64,000 nt of DNA from positions 384,001-448,000 of the forward strand of contig JBGAHS010000004.1 in NCBI GenBank assembly GCA_044226015.1, in the 5' to 3' direction. Shown here piece by piece: positions 29,483 through 39,217 of this stretch (position 1 is the first letter of the stretch; every line of letters begins with the position of its first letter). The notes beneath the pieces were generated by a model that had not been told where the DNA came from, did not search any database, and worked only from the letters and a program-made list of their open reading frames with translations. The DNA is from Candidatus Obscuribacteraceae bacterium. Lineage in GTDB: Bacteria > Cyanobacteriota > Vampirovibrionia > Obscuribacterales > Obscuribacteraceae. The position numbers and the translations under genes are program-made.

Positions 29483-30949
29483 TCAGTCTTTTTTGATGTC
29501 TTCTGGTCGTATAGCTGGAAATCGAGATGTTGCTTCTATGTTTCTGTTCTTTTTGTCAGCAACATAGCCTTCTATATTCCTTTGTTGTGGGCGTGCCACG
29601 CACAGTGCCCCATCAGGAACAGGTTTTGTGACAACGGTTCCTGCTGCAACCATAGCCTCTTCGCCAACAAACACCGGAGCGACGAGAACTGCGTTGCAAC
29701 CAGTGCTTGAGTTGTTTCCAATCACAGTTTTTGATTTCTTACCGCTCAGCCTGTCGTAGTTGGCCGTGAGAGTTCCTGCGCCTATATTTACGTGATGTCC
29801 GAGGGATGCATCTCCGATATAACTAAGGTGAGAAACGTTGGTGTTGTTTGAGATTTGGCTCTTTTTGATTTCCACAAAATTGCCTATTCTGCAGTGCTCA
29901 GACACCAGAGCTTGCTCTCTCAAATGTGCAAAGGGTCCGACTTTGCAGTGAGAAGCTATTTCCGAGTTAATAACTACACTGTGCATCACATGTGTGTGCG
30001 AGCCAATTTTGGCTGGTCCAGTTATTTGAGTATTTGGTCCAATCACGCAGGATTCACCGATTTCAACTTTTCCAGTTATGTAGCACCCTGGTAAAACTGT
30101 GCTTTCCTGTCCGATTGTGACTTCAGGAGCAATCCAAGTGCTGCTTGGGTCAACGATAGTGACACCAGAGTCCAGCAGTAGTTTTTCAATTACCTGGTCA
30201 TGCATATGTTGATTGCATTCCATCAGGTCTTTTCTGGAGTTGATTCCCGCAACTTCGCGCCAGTTAGATGGTGCATCTGAAATCTTGAATTGCTTTTCGC
30301 GAGACCAGGCGAGCAAATCGGTCAAATAGTACTCTTTTTGCTGATTGTCGTTTTTGAGAGCGTAGAGACCTTCTTTGAGTGTCGGCCACTCAAGGCAATA
30401 AATTGCCGGGTTGATTTCTTTGATGCGCTTTTGCTCTTCGGTGGCATCTTTGTGTTCAACAATGGCGGCAACAACTCCGTCGCTGTCTCTGACAATTCGT
30501 CCGTAACTCTTCGCGTCATCCACTACTGTTGTGAGCAGGCTGAAGGCTGCCTCATTGTTGAGGTGGGCGTAAATCAAACCAGCTAGCGTTGTGTCGCTTA
30601 GCAGAGGGCAGTCAGCAACACTCACTAAAAGTGCACCTTCAAAACTTTCCAGAGAGGGAGCCACCTGCATCAGCGCATGACCCGTACCCAATTGTGGACT
30701 CTGTAAATGAGTGCTCCACGGGGTCTTTGGTGGGTTCTTCTTCAGATAGTCCTCTACCTGATCTGCTGCATGTCCAATCACTATATGAACGTGCTCAAGG
30801 TCTAACGAATCAATCGCTGCCAGCAATCGTCCTAAAATCGGAATTCCAAGAACAGGATGAAGTACCTTTGAGAGATTTGACTTCATCCGCTTCCCTTGTC
30901 CGGCGGCTAAAAGAACGGCTCTGACTGGCTTCTTATATCTATTGCTCAT
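29483..30949 (-). CDS. glmU: Bifunctional UDP-GlcNAc pyrophosphorylase / glucosamine-1-P N-acetyltransferase
   Basis: LAAGQGKRMKS..SKVLH, QLGTGHA, EYYLTD, GPFAHLR, GNFVEIKKS, HLSYIGDA, NIGAGT..ANYD. Confidence 0.97.
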   Translation of the reverse strand: MSNRYKKPVRAVLLAAGQGKRMKSNLSKVLHPVLGIPILGRLLAAIDSLDLEHVHIVIGHAADQVEDYLKKNPPKTPWSTHLQSPQLGTGHALMQVAPSLESFEGALLVSVADCPLLSDTTLAGLIYAHLNNEAAFSLLTTVVDDAKSYGRIVRDSDGVVAAIVEHKDATEEQKRIKEINPAIYCLEWPTLKEGLYALKNDNQQKEYYLTDLLAWSREKQFKISDAPSNWREVAGINSRKDLMECNQHMHDQVIEKLLLDSGVTIVDPSSTWIAPEVTIGQESTVLPGCYITGKVEIGESCVIGPNTQITGPAKIGSHTHVMHSVVINSEIASHCKVGPFAHLREQALVSEHCRIGNFVEIKKSQISNNTNVSHLSYIGDASLGHHVNIGAGTLTANYDRLSGKKSKTVIGNNSSTGCNAVLVAPVFVGEEAMVAAGTVVTKPVPDGALCVARPQQRNIEGYVADKKNRNIEATSRFPAIRPEDIKKD

Positions 30950-31051
30950 ATGATCGATGTTTGTTGGGGATGCACTAATTCAGCCACCTATCGTACAGGA
31001 CTGCCAATCTCAAAAGAGACTCTTTTAGTTTTCCCTCAGTAATTTTCAATA

Positions 31052-31092
31052 AAAGGAAAGAGGTTTGACCAGTGGTCAAACCTCTTTCCTTT
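31052..31092. terminator. 20-bp perfect inverted repeat (terminator-like)
   Basis: AAAGGAAAGAGGTTTGACCA-G-TGGTCAAACCTCTTTCCTTT. Confidence 0.8.
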
Positions 31093-31190
31093 ACTATGGC
31101 CGCAGCGTCGGTGCTGCCCCGACGGGCTCGATCCCTCAAACCCCTCGCCTGGAGATACTGCGGATGTGTGCAATCGAAATCGCGATTACT
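31052..31190 (-). ncRNA. Candidate structured RNA upstream of glmU
   Basis: GUAAUCG/CGAUUGC hairpin; three-way junction closed by CCGCAG/CUGCGG containing CGUCGG/CCGACG and AUCUCCAGGC/GUUUGAGGGAU helices; terminal hairpin. Confidence 0.5.
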
Positions 31191-31276
31191 CTTATAGTTT
31201 TACCTCATTTCCAGGAATATTGTCGCTTCTAAGCCTTCCGTTAATATTTGTGTAAACGAATGTATTGTTGGACTGA

Positions 31277-31813
31277 TCAAATGTACTGAATGAGTGAGAG
31301 TAAGAATGTCGATAAGCCAGCTAGACCAAGTAGATTCAAGATTGTAATAGCAAGCTCATCTGAGCTTTCGGAAGAATCTAGATTTAGAATTCCGTCCAAT
31401 TTCCACTTAGAGGCAGATAGACGTTGCAGCTGTTCTTCGAGTTCCTGAATTTTTTCTTTTGAACGTTCATTTTCAATTCTGAGTGTTATTGCCTGCGCTG
31501 CAGTGAAGCGTAGGTCAGGTAGCACTTTAAGCTGTTGGTCGCGCTCATGAACCATTCCATTTAAATATCCAATGAATAACATGGCTCGCTGTAATTTGGA
31601 GTTCGTCACATCGTTACGCAACTCAAGTAAGTCAATTTTCGCTTGCAGCTCTTCCTTTATTATGTCGAATTTTTCGGAGTCGGAAATTATCTCGACCCAT
31701 GGAATTGTCTTTTGCTTCGGCTTGCTGCCAGAACCAAACAAATATTCGAGGGAATCTAAATCGACATCATCAGCAGCTGGAAGGTGAGAAAGGTGCGCTT
31801 GCGTAGTAATCAT
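31277..31813 (-). CDS. Hypothetical coiled-coil protein with C-terminal membrane anchor
   Basis: 178 aa; heptad-like segments; hydrophobic C-terminus. Confidence 0.7.
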   Translation of the reverse strand: MITTQAHLSHLPAADDVDLDSLEYLFGSGSKPKQKTIPWVEIISDSEKFDIIKEELQAKIDLLELRNDVTNSKLQRAMLFIGYLNGMVHERDQQLKVLPDLRFTAAQAITLRIENERSKEKIQELEEQLQRLSASKWKLDGILNLDSSESSDELAITILNLLGLAGLSTFLLSLIQYI

Positions 31814-32268
31814 CTTTTAACTCTCGATGTGGTTTGGCCATATTATGGGTCGCACGATCGATATTGTCCAGAACATTTTATCTGTTGCTGGACATTCTCG
31901 GGAACTCTCTGTGTTGGTGGCTGCGCTGTAAATGCTTATGTGTCAGGCGATTTGAAGATCTCACCTTCTATCCCTATTAGCATGAGAAGCCAAAAAGTTT
32001 TTTTCTTGCGACTCTACAGCTAGTACCACTTCGACTGGTATCGCCCATAGAACTAGTATCGAATAAGACACCAAACCTGAAAACATGGATCTTCTCTTGG
32101 CAGGCTCTGGCTCGTGAAGATAGAGTTGCTAGATCCTTTTCCACCGTTAAAGGTCCTTGATATGTTTTCTTAGTTTGTGACAGAATCTTATCGGACAAAG
32201 CGACTTGCCCTCTATCGTATTACATTGAATCTTGTAAGCTGCTTGCTTTTGCAGGAAAGAGGTCTCAT

Positions 32269-33252
32269 ATGATTTTAGTTACTGGTGCTGCAGGCTACAT
32301 CGGCAGTCACTTCGTACGAAAGTACCTTAGCTCGGTTCCTGATGGCAGCGTTCTTGCTGTAGACAACCTGAGCGCTGGTCATATTGAGAGTTTACCCTTG
32401 AGCGATCGAGTCATTTTTCATCAATTAAACGTGGGCGACAAGGAAGTGCTCAGCGAATTGATGAAAAAGCATCAGATTGAAGCAGTGGTGCATTTTGCTG
32501 CCAGCATCTTTGTCGGAGAGTCACAAAAGGATCCATTCAAGTATTTCAACAACAATCTTGGACAGACAATGGCACTTCTGGAAGCAATGAGTCTGGCTAA
32601 CGTCAAGAAAATAGTGTTCTCTTCAACCTGTGCAACTTATGGTGACCCGCTTCAGGTGCCAATGACAGAGACACATCCACAAGTTCCTATTAACGCATAT
32701 GGTCATACTAAGTACATGGTTGAACAGATGCTTTATTCACTGCACGAGACTCTGGGCTTCTCATTTTTTGCGCTTCGATATTTCAATGCTGCCGGTGCTG
32801 ATGACAATGGCGAAATAGGTGAATCTCACGACCCAGAAACGCATCTTATTCCTAACGTATTTCGAGCCATCAGCGGAAAGTTAGATTGTCTTGAAGTTTA
32901 TGGTGATGACTACGATACTCGCGACGGGACGTGTATTCGCGATTACATTCATGTGTATGATCTTGCCAGTGCTCACATAGCTGCATTAGACCTCCTTTCT
33001 AAAGGATCTTATGCCGAGGGGATAAATCTTGGCACCGGCCATGGTGCCTCAGTTAAAGAAATAATTGATGCTTGCAACGAGGCGGCCGGAAAGACTGCGC
33101 CCATGAAATTGTTTCCGCGAAGATTTGGCGATGCGCCCGTCTTGGTGGCTGACTACGCCAAAGCTAAGAAAGTATTGGGATGGTCTCCACGTTATGAGCT
33201 CAAGACAATAATTAAGTCTGCCTGGAACTGGGAACTTAATCGACGATATTAA
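32269..33252 (+). CDS. galE: UDP-glucose 4-epimerase
   Basis: TGAAGYIGSH, HFAA, FSSTCATYG, YGHTK, LRYFNAAGA, GESHDPETHLIP, DGTCIRDYIHV. Confidence 0.96.
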   Translation: MILVTGAAGYIGSHFVRKYLSSVPDGSVLAVDNLSAGHIESLPLSDRVIFHQLNVGDKEVLSELMKKHQIEAVVHFAASIFVGESQKDPFKYFNNNLGQTMALLEAMSLANVKKIVFSSTCATYGDPLQVPMTETHPQVPINAYGHTKYMVEQMLYSLHETLGFSFFALRYFNAAGADDNGEIGESHDPETHLIPNVFRAISGKLDCLEVYGDDYDTRDGTCIRDYIHVYDLASAHIAALDLLSKGSYAEGINLGTGHGASVKEIIDACNEAAGKTAPMKLFPRRFGDAPVLVADYAKAKKVLGWSPRYELKTIIKSAWNWELNRRY

Positions 33253-33318
33253 ATGCCATGCAGCGCATGCCTCTGCCGTGTACAATGCTAGATCTGTGAA
33301 GGCGCAGAGGAATTAAAT

Positions 33319-34200
33319 GTGAAGCCAAGAACCTTTTGCCAGCAGCTTTTGCCAAAAACGGCGGCTTTTGCACTGTCTCTGTTGCTAACGATATTGCAAG
33401 CTGGAGGCGCAATTTCTGCGCCTGCCAAGAAGCCTGCTGGCAAAGCTGCTGCTGTCGGTGGAGCTCCTTACCCTCAGTGTCTTTACCAAGGTTCTAAGGT
33501 TGCAAGATGCATACCCCAGTTCATGCCTCTGAAAATCTGCATTTCACCGGGCATAAGTCTCGACGGTGCGGGTAGCGATCCTACAAGCGGGGGACCCCTC
33601 GACAATGTGGATAACGTGGCTGGTTGGCCGGAATTGGTTTACCAAACAAAAAACAATCCCGAACTCTTTAACAATCTGAGTCAGGCTGAGGGTTACAACG
33701 ACCAGATGTGGCAGGCTGCTGCTCAAGGAATAAATCAATGGAAACGATTTCAAAGTGAGGGGCTTTTCAATTTTGAGGTCACGGACAACCCTGATGGAGC
33801 TGACGTTTACGTTTTCTGGACGCACCATTTTGTGAATAAGCTAGGGTTAGGTCTTTTTGCAAACGACATTCGTGGGTATACGTCGAAGCATTTACTTCCG
33901 TTTTCTGCTATATCAAATGCGCTGAATGCTGGCAATTCTGACCTCATAAACAGAAGTCGTCGACCCATAGTAATGATTCTGCGAACGACCGACCTTACTG
34001 GTTCTCAGTCTGTGCCAATGCCTCTGAATAAACTTGTCTCTGCCGCTGCTCACGAGATGGGACATGTGCTGGGAATTGATGGGCACAGTTTGAACAGAGT
34101 TGATTTGATGAGTGTTAATTATGGCGCAGGCCAAATATCAGGAAATGATGCTGCGTCGATTCGCTATCTCTATCACCGTAACCCCGACCTGGTACCCTGA
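33319..34200 (+). CDS. Secreted matrixin-like (metzincin) zinc metalloprotease
   Basis: HEMGHVLGIDGH and Met-turn DLMS; signal peptide. Confidence 0.88.
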   Translation: MKPRTFCQQLLPKTAAFALSLLLTILQAGGAISAPAKKPAGKAAAVGGAPYPQCLYQGSKVARCIPQFMPLKICISPGISLDGAGSDPTSGGPLDNVDNVAGWPELVYQTKNNPELFNNLSQAEGYNDQMWQAAAQGINQWKRFQSEGLFNFEVTDNPDGADVYVFWTHHFVNKLGLGLFANDIRGYTSKHLLPFSAISNALNAGNSDLINRSRRPIVMILRTTDLTGSQSVPMPLNKLVSAAAHEMGHVLGIDGHSLNRVDLMSVNYGAGQISGNDAASIRYLYHRNPDLVP

Positions 34201-34210
34201 GGCTGCAAAA

Positions 34211-34843
34211 ATGCGTAGCTCAGGCATTAAAACAGGCACTCGCAAATCGCTGACCAGCCAGGCTTGGGATGGAGTGGTCGTTTTCCTTTTCAGAACAATC
34301 ATTCCGTTGATTCCCATTTTAGGTCTGGCTTATGTTTGCTCTATGATCATCAATGCCGAAGTACAGGGTGTATACGTAGGAAGCATTCCGGGAAACGGTG
34401 CCTTGAAGATAGAAATCAGCGAAGAGAGTGATCGACTTTCTGGCTTTGCGACTTTGCGCACAAAAGAACGGTACAAAATCGTTGACGGGAAAATGCTCGA
34501 CGATAACAAGTTTAAGCTGCAGTTGCAGGCTGATGATGCCACTGCAATTGGTGGCGTTAGCGCTCATTCCGACAAGGCATCGGTGTCGCATCAACTTGAA
34601 GAGGTACCGGCGGGCAATGAGAGTGCTGTACCTAAAAACCTTAGTGGCTCAGTTATTACAGAAGACGAAAAAATAGGTCCTCTCATTTCCATTGATGGCT
34701 CATTTAGTTTCGGAACTATGAATGCGCAAATCAGCTCTGAAGGGCAAAGTATTCCCTTTGAGGCGAAACGGAATGCTTTTTCAGCTCTGTTTGGATGGCG
34801 TTGGTGGAATCGAACTTTGCGTTATTTCGGCATGAAGATTTAA
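34211..34843 (+). CDS. Hypothetical membrane protein
   Basis: ORF open from 34112; ATG 34211 avoids overlap; one N-terminal TM region. Confidence 0.65.
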   Translation: MRSSGIKTGTRKSLTSQAWDGVVVFLFRTIIPLIPILGLAYVCSMIINAEVQGVYVGSIPGNGALKIEISEESDRLSGFATLRTKERYKIVDGKMLDDNKFKLQLQADDATAIGGVSAHSDKASVSHQLEEVPAGNESAVPKNLSGSVITEDEKIGPLISIDGSFSFGTMNAQISSEGQSIPFEAKRNAFSALFGWRWWNRTLRYFGMKI

Positions 34844-34865
34844 TTTCGAATCTTGCTGTGCATTG

Positions 34866-35990
34866 CTATTTTTTCTTTTTTGAATCGCAAACTTCGCCGG
34901 CTTCCATAATGACTTTTTTTCTGGCTTGCTCTTTCTTCTTGCTTGAACCTCTGTTCATCAATTTATCTCCACTGTTCAGTGCTTTCAAACCATTCCAGTA
35001 GGGGCTGGTTTTTAGTTTTGCAAGGAATACATCTATGAATTCGTTCGGTCCACCTGCAGCGCAATCATTGTTCTTTGTTTGATCGTTGCAGATCAGCGCA
35101 GTTTTGCCTGCCGGCCAGGCTTTTCTGCAGAGTTCCCAGGCTTCGTTCGCGTGACCTGTGTAAATCAAATCGATCATTCTACTCCAGAGTTCAGAGGAGA
35201 GGCTGAAGCCCGTTCCGTCATTTGATTTGAAGTCCTTGTTATACTCGGCTATCTCTTTTTTGGTCTTTTCTATTAGTGCGTTTAGCTCTTTGTCGCTGGG
35301 TTTAGGTGTGCGCATCAAATCCAGCGCGACCGTAAACTGTGTTCTAGACGGGCGCAGGATGACTACGCCGGCTGGCGAGCCTGCAAATGATGTGTTCCAG
35401 TAAGCGAAGGTGAAGTCTGGACCAATGGCTTCTACTTTGTTATCTCCATCAATGTCAGCGAAAGCAAACGTACCATCTCTTGCGACAATGCTGCCCCACA
35501 AGTGATTCTTTCTATCCAGGCTGTACACCTTGTATGTATAACAACAGTGTGCGCCACCACTCCATTCTTCGAGAATAATTTCAGCTTGGCCATCACCGTT
35601 GATGTCAACGAAGGGATTTTGAGAACGTTTGTATTTTGAGCCCACTACGTTGTACAAGCTGCGATCCAATTTCAATCGCATGCTCTTGTCAGTCGCATTT
35701 GTGATTGGGTGGACGAGCCATCGCTGATTGTCGCTGGCTGAGGATGTTTCCGAGAAGACCGTGCGCTTCCCTCGCTTCACAGTTAAATTGGATAGAGTGT
35801 CGTATTCCAGTGTTGGAATATATGAATAGATGCCTGATCGATATGGCTTCTTTGCTACGTCTCTGTCCTTTTGGAGCTCGTCATAAAACTTGTCCACTTC
35901 TTTTGTTTCGTCAGGTTCGATATTTGCGAAGGCAGGCGCGCTTGCAAGTGCAAGTAATGGCAATATGTACTTTCGATATCTTTTTAGCAT
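34866..35990 (-). CDS. Secreted hypothetical protein with Ca-binding DxDGDG-like loops and GGAHCC motif
   Basis: Signal peptide from ATG 35990; DINGDGQAE, WSGGAHCC, DIDGDNKVE. Confidence 0.75.
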   Translation of the reverse strand: MLKRYRKYILPLLALASAPAFANIEPDETKEVDKFYDELQKDRDVAKKPYRSGIYSYIPTLEYDTLSNLTVKRGKRTVFSETSSASDNQRWLVHPITNATDKSMRLKLDRSLYNVVGSKYKRSQNPFVDINGDGQAEIILEEWSGGAHCCYTYKVYSLDRKNHLWGSIVARDGTFAFADIDGDNKVEAIGPDFTFAYWNTSFAGSPAGVVILRPSRTQFTVALDLMRTPKPSDKELNALIEKTKKEIAEYNKDFKSNDGTGFSLSSELWSRMIDLIYTGHANEAWELCRKAWPAGKTALICNDQTKNNDCAAGGPNEFIDVFLAKLKTSPYWNGLKALNSGDKLMNRGSSKKKEQARKKVIMEAGEVCDSKKKK

Positions 35991-36255
35991 GAATTGAAAA
36001 GTGTGTACTCCCCCTAACTTTTGATATATCCATTGAAGCATTGATGGGATCTGATTCTGTATGTTCTACGTAAAGAGATCCGAAAATATGAGTAGCGGTT
36101 CTAAGAAACAAATCGAGATTAAAAAATCATCGTGGGAATTGAAGATCCTTTTCAGCTGCAGCAGCTAAATATGGGCGTAGAATGCTAACAGAATCAATTG
36201 CTCTGTATATTGATCTGCCACTTATATTTTGTTCCATTCCTTCAGCAGGGATTAG

Positions 36256-37596
36256 ATGCCAGCATTTACGGAAGAACAAGTAGTTAACTTTGCGCCTGAT
36301 GAAAATTCAATCGTGGCAGGCCGTCAATTAGCGTATGCGACGAACTGGGCAAGTCTTGGAGCAAACGAAGTGGCTCTCTGGGGAGAGTGTAAAGGCTCTG
36401 GTTCCAAACCATATCAAGCTTGTATCGATATTGCGGGAGCCGCATTCAAGTGCTCATGCCCAAGTAGAAAAATTCCCTGTAAGCACTGTATGGCATTGAT
36501 GTATCTCAACATGAAAGACAGTGCTTCTTTTGCATCAGAAGCACCATCATGGGTAGAAGAGTGGCTGAAGAGTCGGGAAGAGCGCGCCGAAAAGAAGGCT
36601 AAGAAGGCTGAGGATGCAGCGCCTGTCGACCCTGTCGCTAAAGCAAAGCGGCAGGCGAGTCGACATTCAAAGGTGGAATCAGGGCTGAATGACTTCAGCC
36701 TCTGGTTGCAAGACCGCATTCGGCAGGGCTTTTCTGGATTGGACGCGCAGTCCTACCAATTTTGGGAAAAGCAAGCGGCACGGCTAACTGATGCTCAGGC
36801 TCCTGGTCTGGCGAGGCTCTTGCGCTCGTGTGCTGGTATTCCAAACTCCGGGGAAGGCTGGCAATCGCGATTGATAGAACAATTGTCGTTTATGCATACG
36901 ATTGTTGAGGGATTTCAAAACATCAATGAGCTCCCGGAAAATGTGCAGCAAGATGTTCGAGCTGCAATTGGTTTTGCGGTGAGCCAGGAGGACGTTCTTG
37001 CAAAGCCCGGACTGCAAGATATTTGGCATGTGTTAGGTCAGAGAGTTGATGCGGAGGACAAACTTCGAACACAGCGAACCTGGCTTCGTGGTGAAAAGAC
37101 AGGGCGTTGGGCTTTGATTCTCAGTTTCGCTCATGGCAATGCTCCACTTGATAGTTCATTCAGTGCGGGCTCTTCATACAATGCAGAATTGTGTTTTTTT
37201 CCAGGAAACTATCCTATTAGAGCTCTTCTGAAAAGCAAGGCTGATACCAAAGATGGTATCGCAAGTTTGAGAGGCTATGCTCATTCTGAAGCTTTCCTCG
37301 AAGATTATGCTCTTGCACTGTCTTGCAACCCTTTCATCGAGACTTTTCCCGTATCGATTGAAAATGTAAGAGCCGTTCCTGCTCAAGAAGAGCTTCTGAT
37401 TATTGACTCAGAAAACAAACTCATTCCCTTGAGTCGCTCAAGCGAAGGTCTCAAATGGCATGTGCTTGCTCTTTCCGGAGCTTATCCATTCAGTATATTT
37501 GGCGAATGGAATGGACGCAGACTGATGCTTTTATCGGCTGTTTGCGACGGAACATTTTACCGGCTTGATAGTAAGGCGGTGCCGAGTGTCACATAA
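36256..37596 (+). CDS. SWIM zinc-finger protein (YehQ-like position in operon)
   Basis: WGECKGSGSKPY and CSCPSRKIPCKH SWIM motif; RLTDAQAPGLA. Confidence 0.9.
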   Translation: MPAFTEEQVVNFAPDENSIVAGRQLAYATNWASLGANEVALWGECKGSGSKPYQACIDIAGAAFKCSCPSRKIPCKHCMALMYLNMKDSASFASEAPSWVEEWLKSREERAEKKAKKAEDAAPVDPVAKAKRQASRHSKVESGLNDFSLWLQDRIRQGFSGLDAQSYQFWEKQAARLTDAQAPGLARLLRSCAGIPNSGEGWQSRLIEQLSFMHTIVEGFQNINELPENVQQDVRAAIGFAVSQEDVLAKPGLQDIWHVLGQRVDAEDKLRTQRTWLRGEKTGRWALILSFAHGNAPLDSSFSAGSSYNAELCFFPGNYPIRALLKSKADTKDGIASLRGYAHSEAFLEDYALALSCNPFIETFPVSIENVRAVPAQEELLIIDSENKLIPLSRSSEGLKWHVLALSGAYPFSIFGEWNGRRLMLLSAVCDGTFYRLDSKAVPSVT

Positions 37597-39175
37597 GGAT
37601 GAATTGATATCAGTGGCAATTCTTGGCACTGAGCAACAGGGGCTTCCCGATCTGCTTGGATCTGGCGACTTAACTGCGAAGCTTGAGGCACTGAAACTAA
37701 AGCGTGAAAAGCTGGGACGTGAACGAGCCTTCCTTCATTTAGCTGCACTCGTCTGGCTATATGAAAAATCGGGTCAAGTTTTAGAGACCTATACTGAAGA
37801 GTTGCCAGACTTACCCGCACCACCTGAATACAAAGAACTTGTATCCCCACCTGCCAAAACCTTGTTGCGCAACATACTCGATGCCAGGCAAACGGAGCTA
37901 TTACAGGAATGGCTGAGCCTGGCAAATAAAGCTGAGAAAAGACTGCCTCACGATATGGTGTGTCTCTTGCTAGATGCAGCAAAGAAAGATGAATCATTGC
38001 AAGAACACGTAAAAGAAGTTATCGGAGAGCGTGGTAAGTGGTTGGCTCAGTACAATAGCGAATGGGCCTACATTAACGGACTCAGAACTGCGCAAAAATT
38101 TTCGACAAACGAGCAAACAATTCAAGAACAGTGGGACTTTGGCAGTCTCGACGAGAGATTTGTGGCACTTAAGACAAAGCGCAAAGTTGATGCGAGAGCT
38201 GCTCTCTTCCTATTGCGTTCCACATGGAAAGATGAAAATTCGAGCAACCGTGCGCGACTTGTTGTAGCCCTTGAAGAGGGGCTCTCTATAAATGATGAAG
38301 AGTTTTTAGAAAACGAGGCTCTCGACGACCGATTGAAGGAAGTGCGAAACAAAGTACAAGACTTGCTTTTCAAAATTCCAGCTAGTCGCTTGAACGAGAG
38401 ATGCACACTTCGTGCCGTAAACTGTATCGCCGAAATAAAAGAGCCAAAGGAAAATATCTTCGCAAAATTGGTTGGTGGACGCGGAACCAAGCGCTTTGAG
38501 ATTCTCGTGAATGTTCCTGATGATGTAGACAAATCAATTGTTCGTGACGGGTTCGTACAGAAACCTGTTCACGCTCAGCTCGGTGACAAAGCCTGGGCAC
38601 TCCTGCAGATTTTTTCCATGGTAGACCATCGTAGCTTGCTGGCAAAATACAATCTCTCTGAAAGGGAATGGATTGAAACCATACTCGGCTCCGAGTGGAA
38701 GAGTGCTCTATACAAAGGATTAGAAGCATCTGTTATACGCTTTCAGGACCATGGCTTTGCGCGTTTGTTATTTGAATTTGGAAATCTTGAACGACCCGAC
38801 ATTTTGTTTGGCTTGCTGAATTCTGCTGAGCAGGAAGCTGTTATTACGCGCCTGGTTGAGGAACGTCGATTTTCGCTTGGTGATTACGGACAGTACAGCG
38901 GAAGTGCGCTGCAGCTGCTGTTCTCAACGAGAGGTAGATGGTCAGAAGAGTTTTCGAAGGTCATTCTTCGTTGTATTCGAACACATATCATGCAAAAAAC
39001 GACGGCAGTTATCTGGGGCGCACCGATGACTCAAATCGGAAACTATTTGAATTTGGATGTTTGGAACTCGGTCGCAGATACATGGACTACTGGTTCGGTA
39101 GACCCCGTGCTGACGCCGATGATCAATAATCTTGATTTACGCAAGCGCATTGGTAAGGCTTTCCAGGAAACTTGA
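37586..39175 (+). CDS. DUF5691-like alpha-helical protein
   Basis: AILGTE, GERGKWLAQYNSEW, GLSINDEEFLE..LDDRLKEVR; GTG 37586 overlaps SWIM gene end. Confidence 0.8.
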   Translation: MSHKDELISVAILGTEQQGLPDLLGSGDLTAKLEALKLKREKLGRERAFLHLAALVWLYEKSGQVLETYTEELPDLPAPPEYKELVSPPAKTLLRNILDARQTELLQEWLSLANKAEKRLPHDMVCLLLDAAKKDESLQEHVKEVIGERGKWLAQYNSEWAYINGLRTAQKFSTNEQTIQEQWDFGSLDERFVALKTKRKVDARAALFLLRSTWKDENSSNRARLVVALEEGLSINDEEFLENEALDDRLKEVRNKVQDLLFKIPASRLNERCTLRAVNCIAEIKEPKENIFAKLVGGRGTKRFEILVNVPDDVDKSIVRDGFVQKPVHAQLGDKAWALLQIFSMVDHRSLLAKYNLSEREWIETILGSEWKSALYKGLEASVIRFQDHGFARLLFEFGNLERPDILFGLLNSAEQEAVITRLVEERRFSLGDYGQYSGSALQLLFSTRGRWSEEFSKVILRCIRTHIMQKTTAVIWGAPMTQIGNYLNLDVWNSVADTWTTGSVDPVLTPMINNLDLRKRIGKAFQET

Positions 39176-39217
39176 AACGTTTCAGAGTTTAGGATTTAAG
39201 AGGAGATTGATAGAACA

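Noticed and set aside
31093..31190. glmS ribozyme
   Set aside because: Only loose GCGAGG..ATCGAG resemblance; AGCGCC cleavage-site core is absent and the downstream gene is glmU
31784..32198. Two short ORFs (31784-32023 +, 31977-32198 -) upstream of galE
   Set aside because: No motifs or clear RBS, and they overlap each other; likely a divergent promoter region
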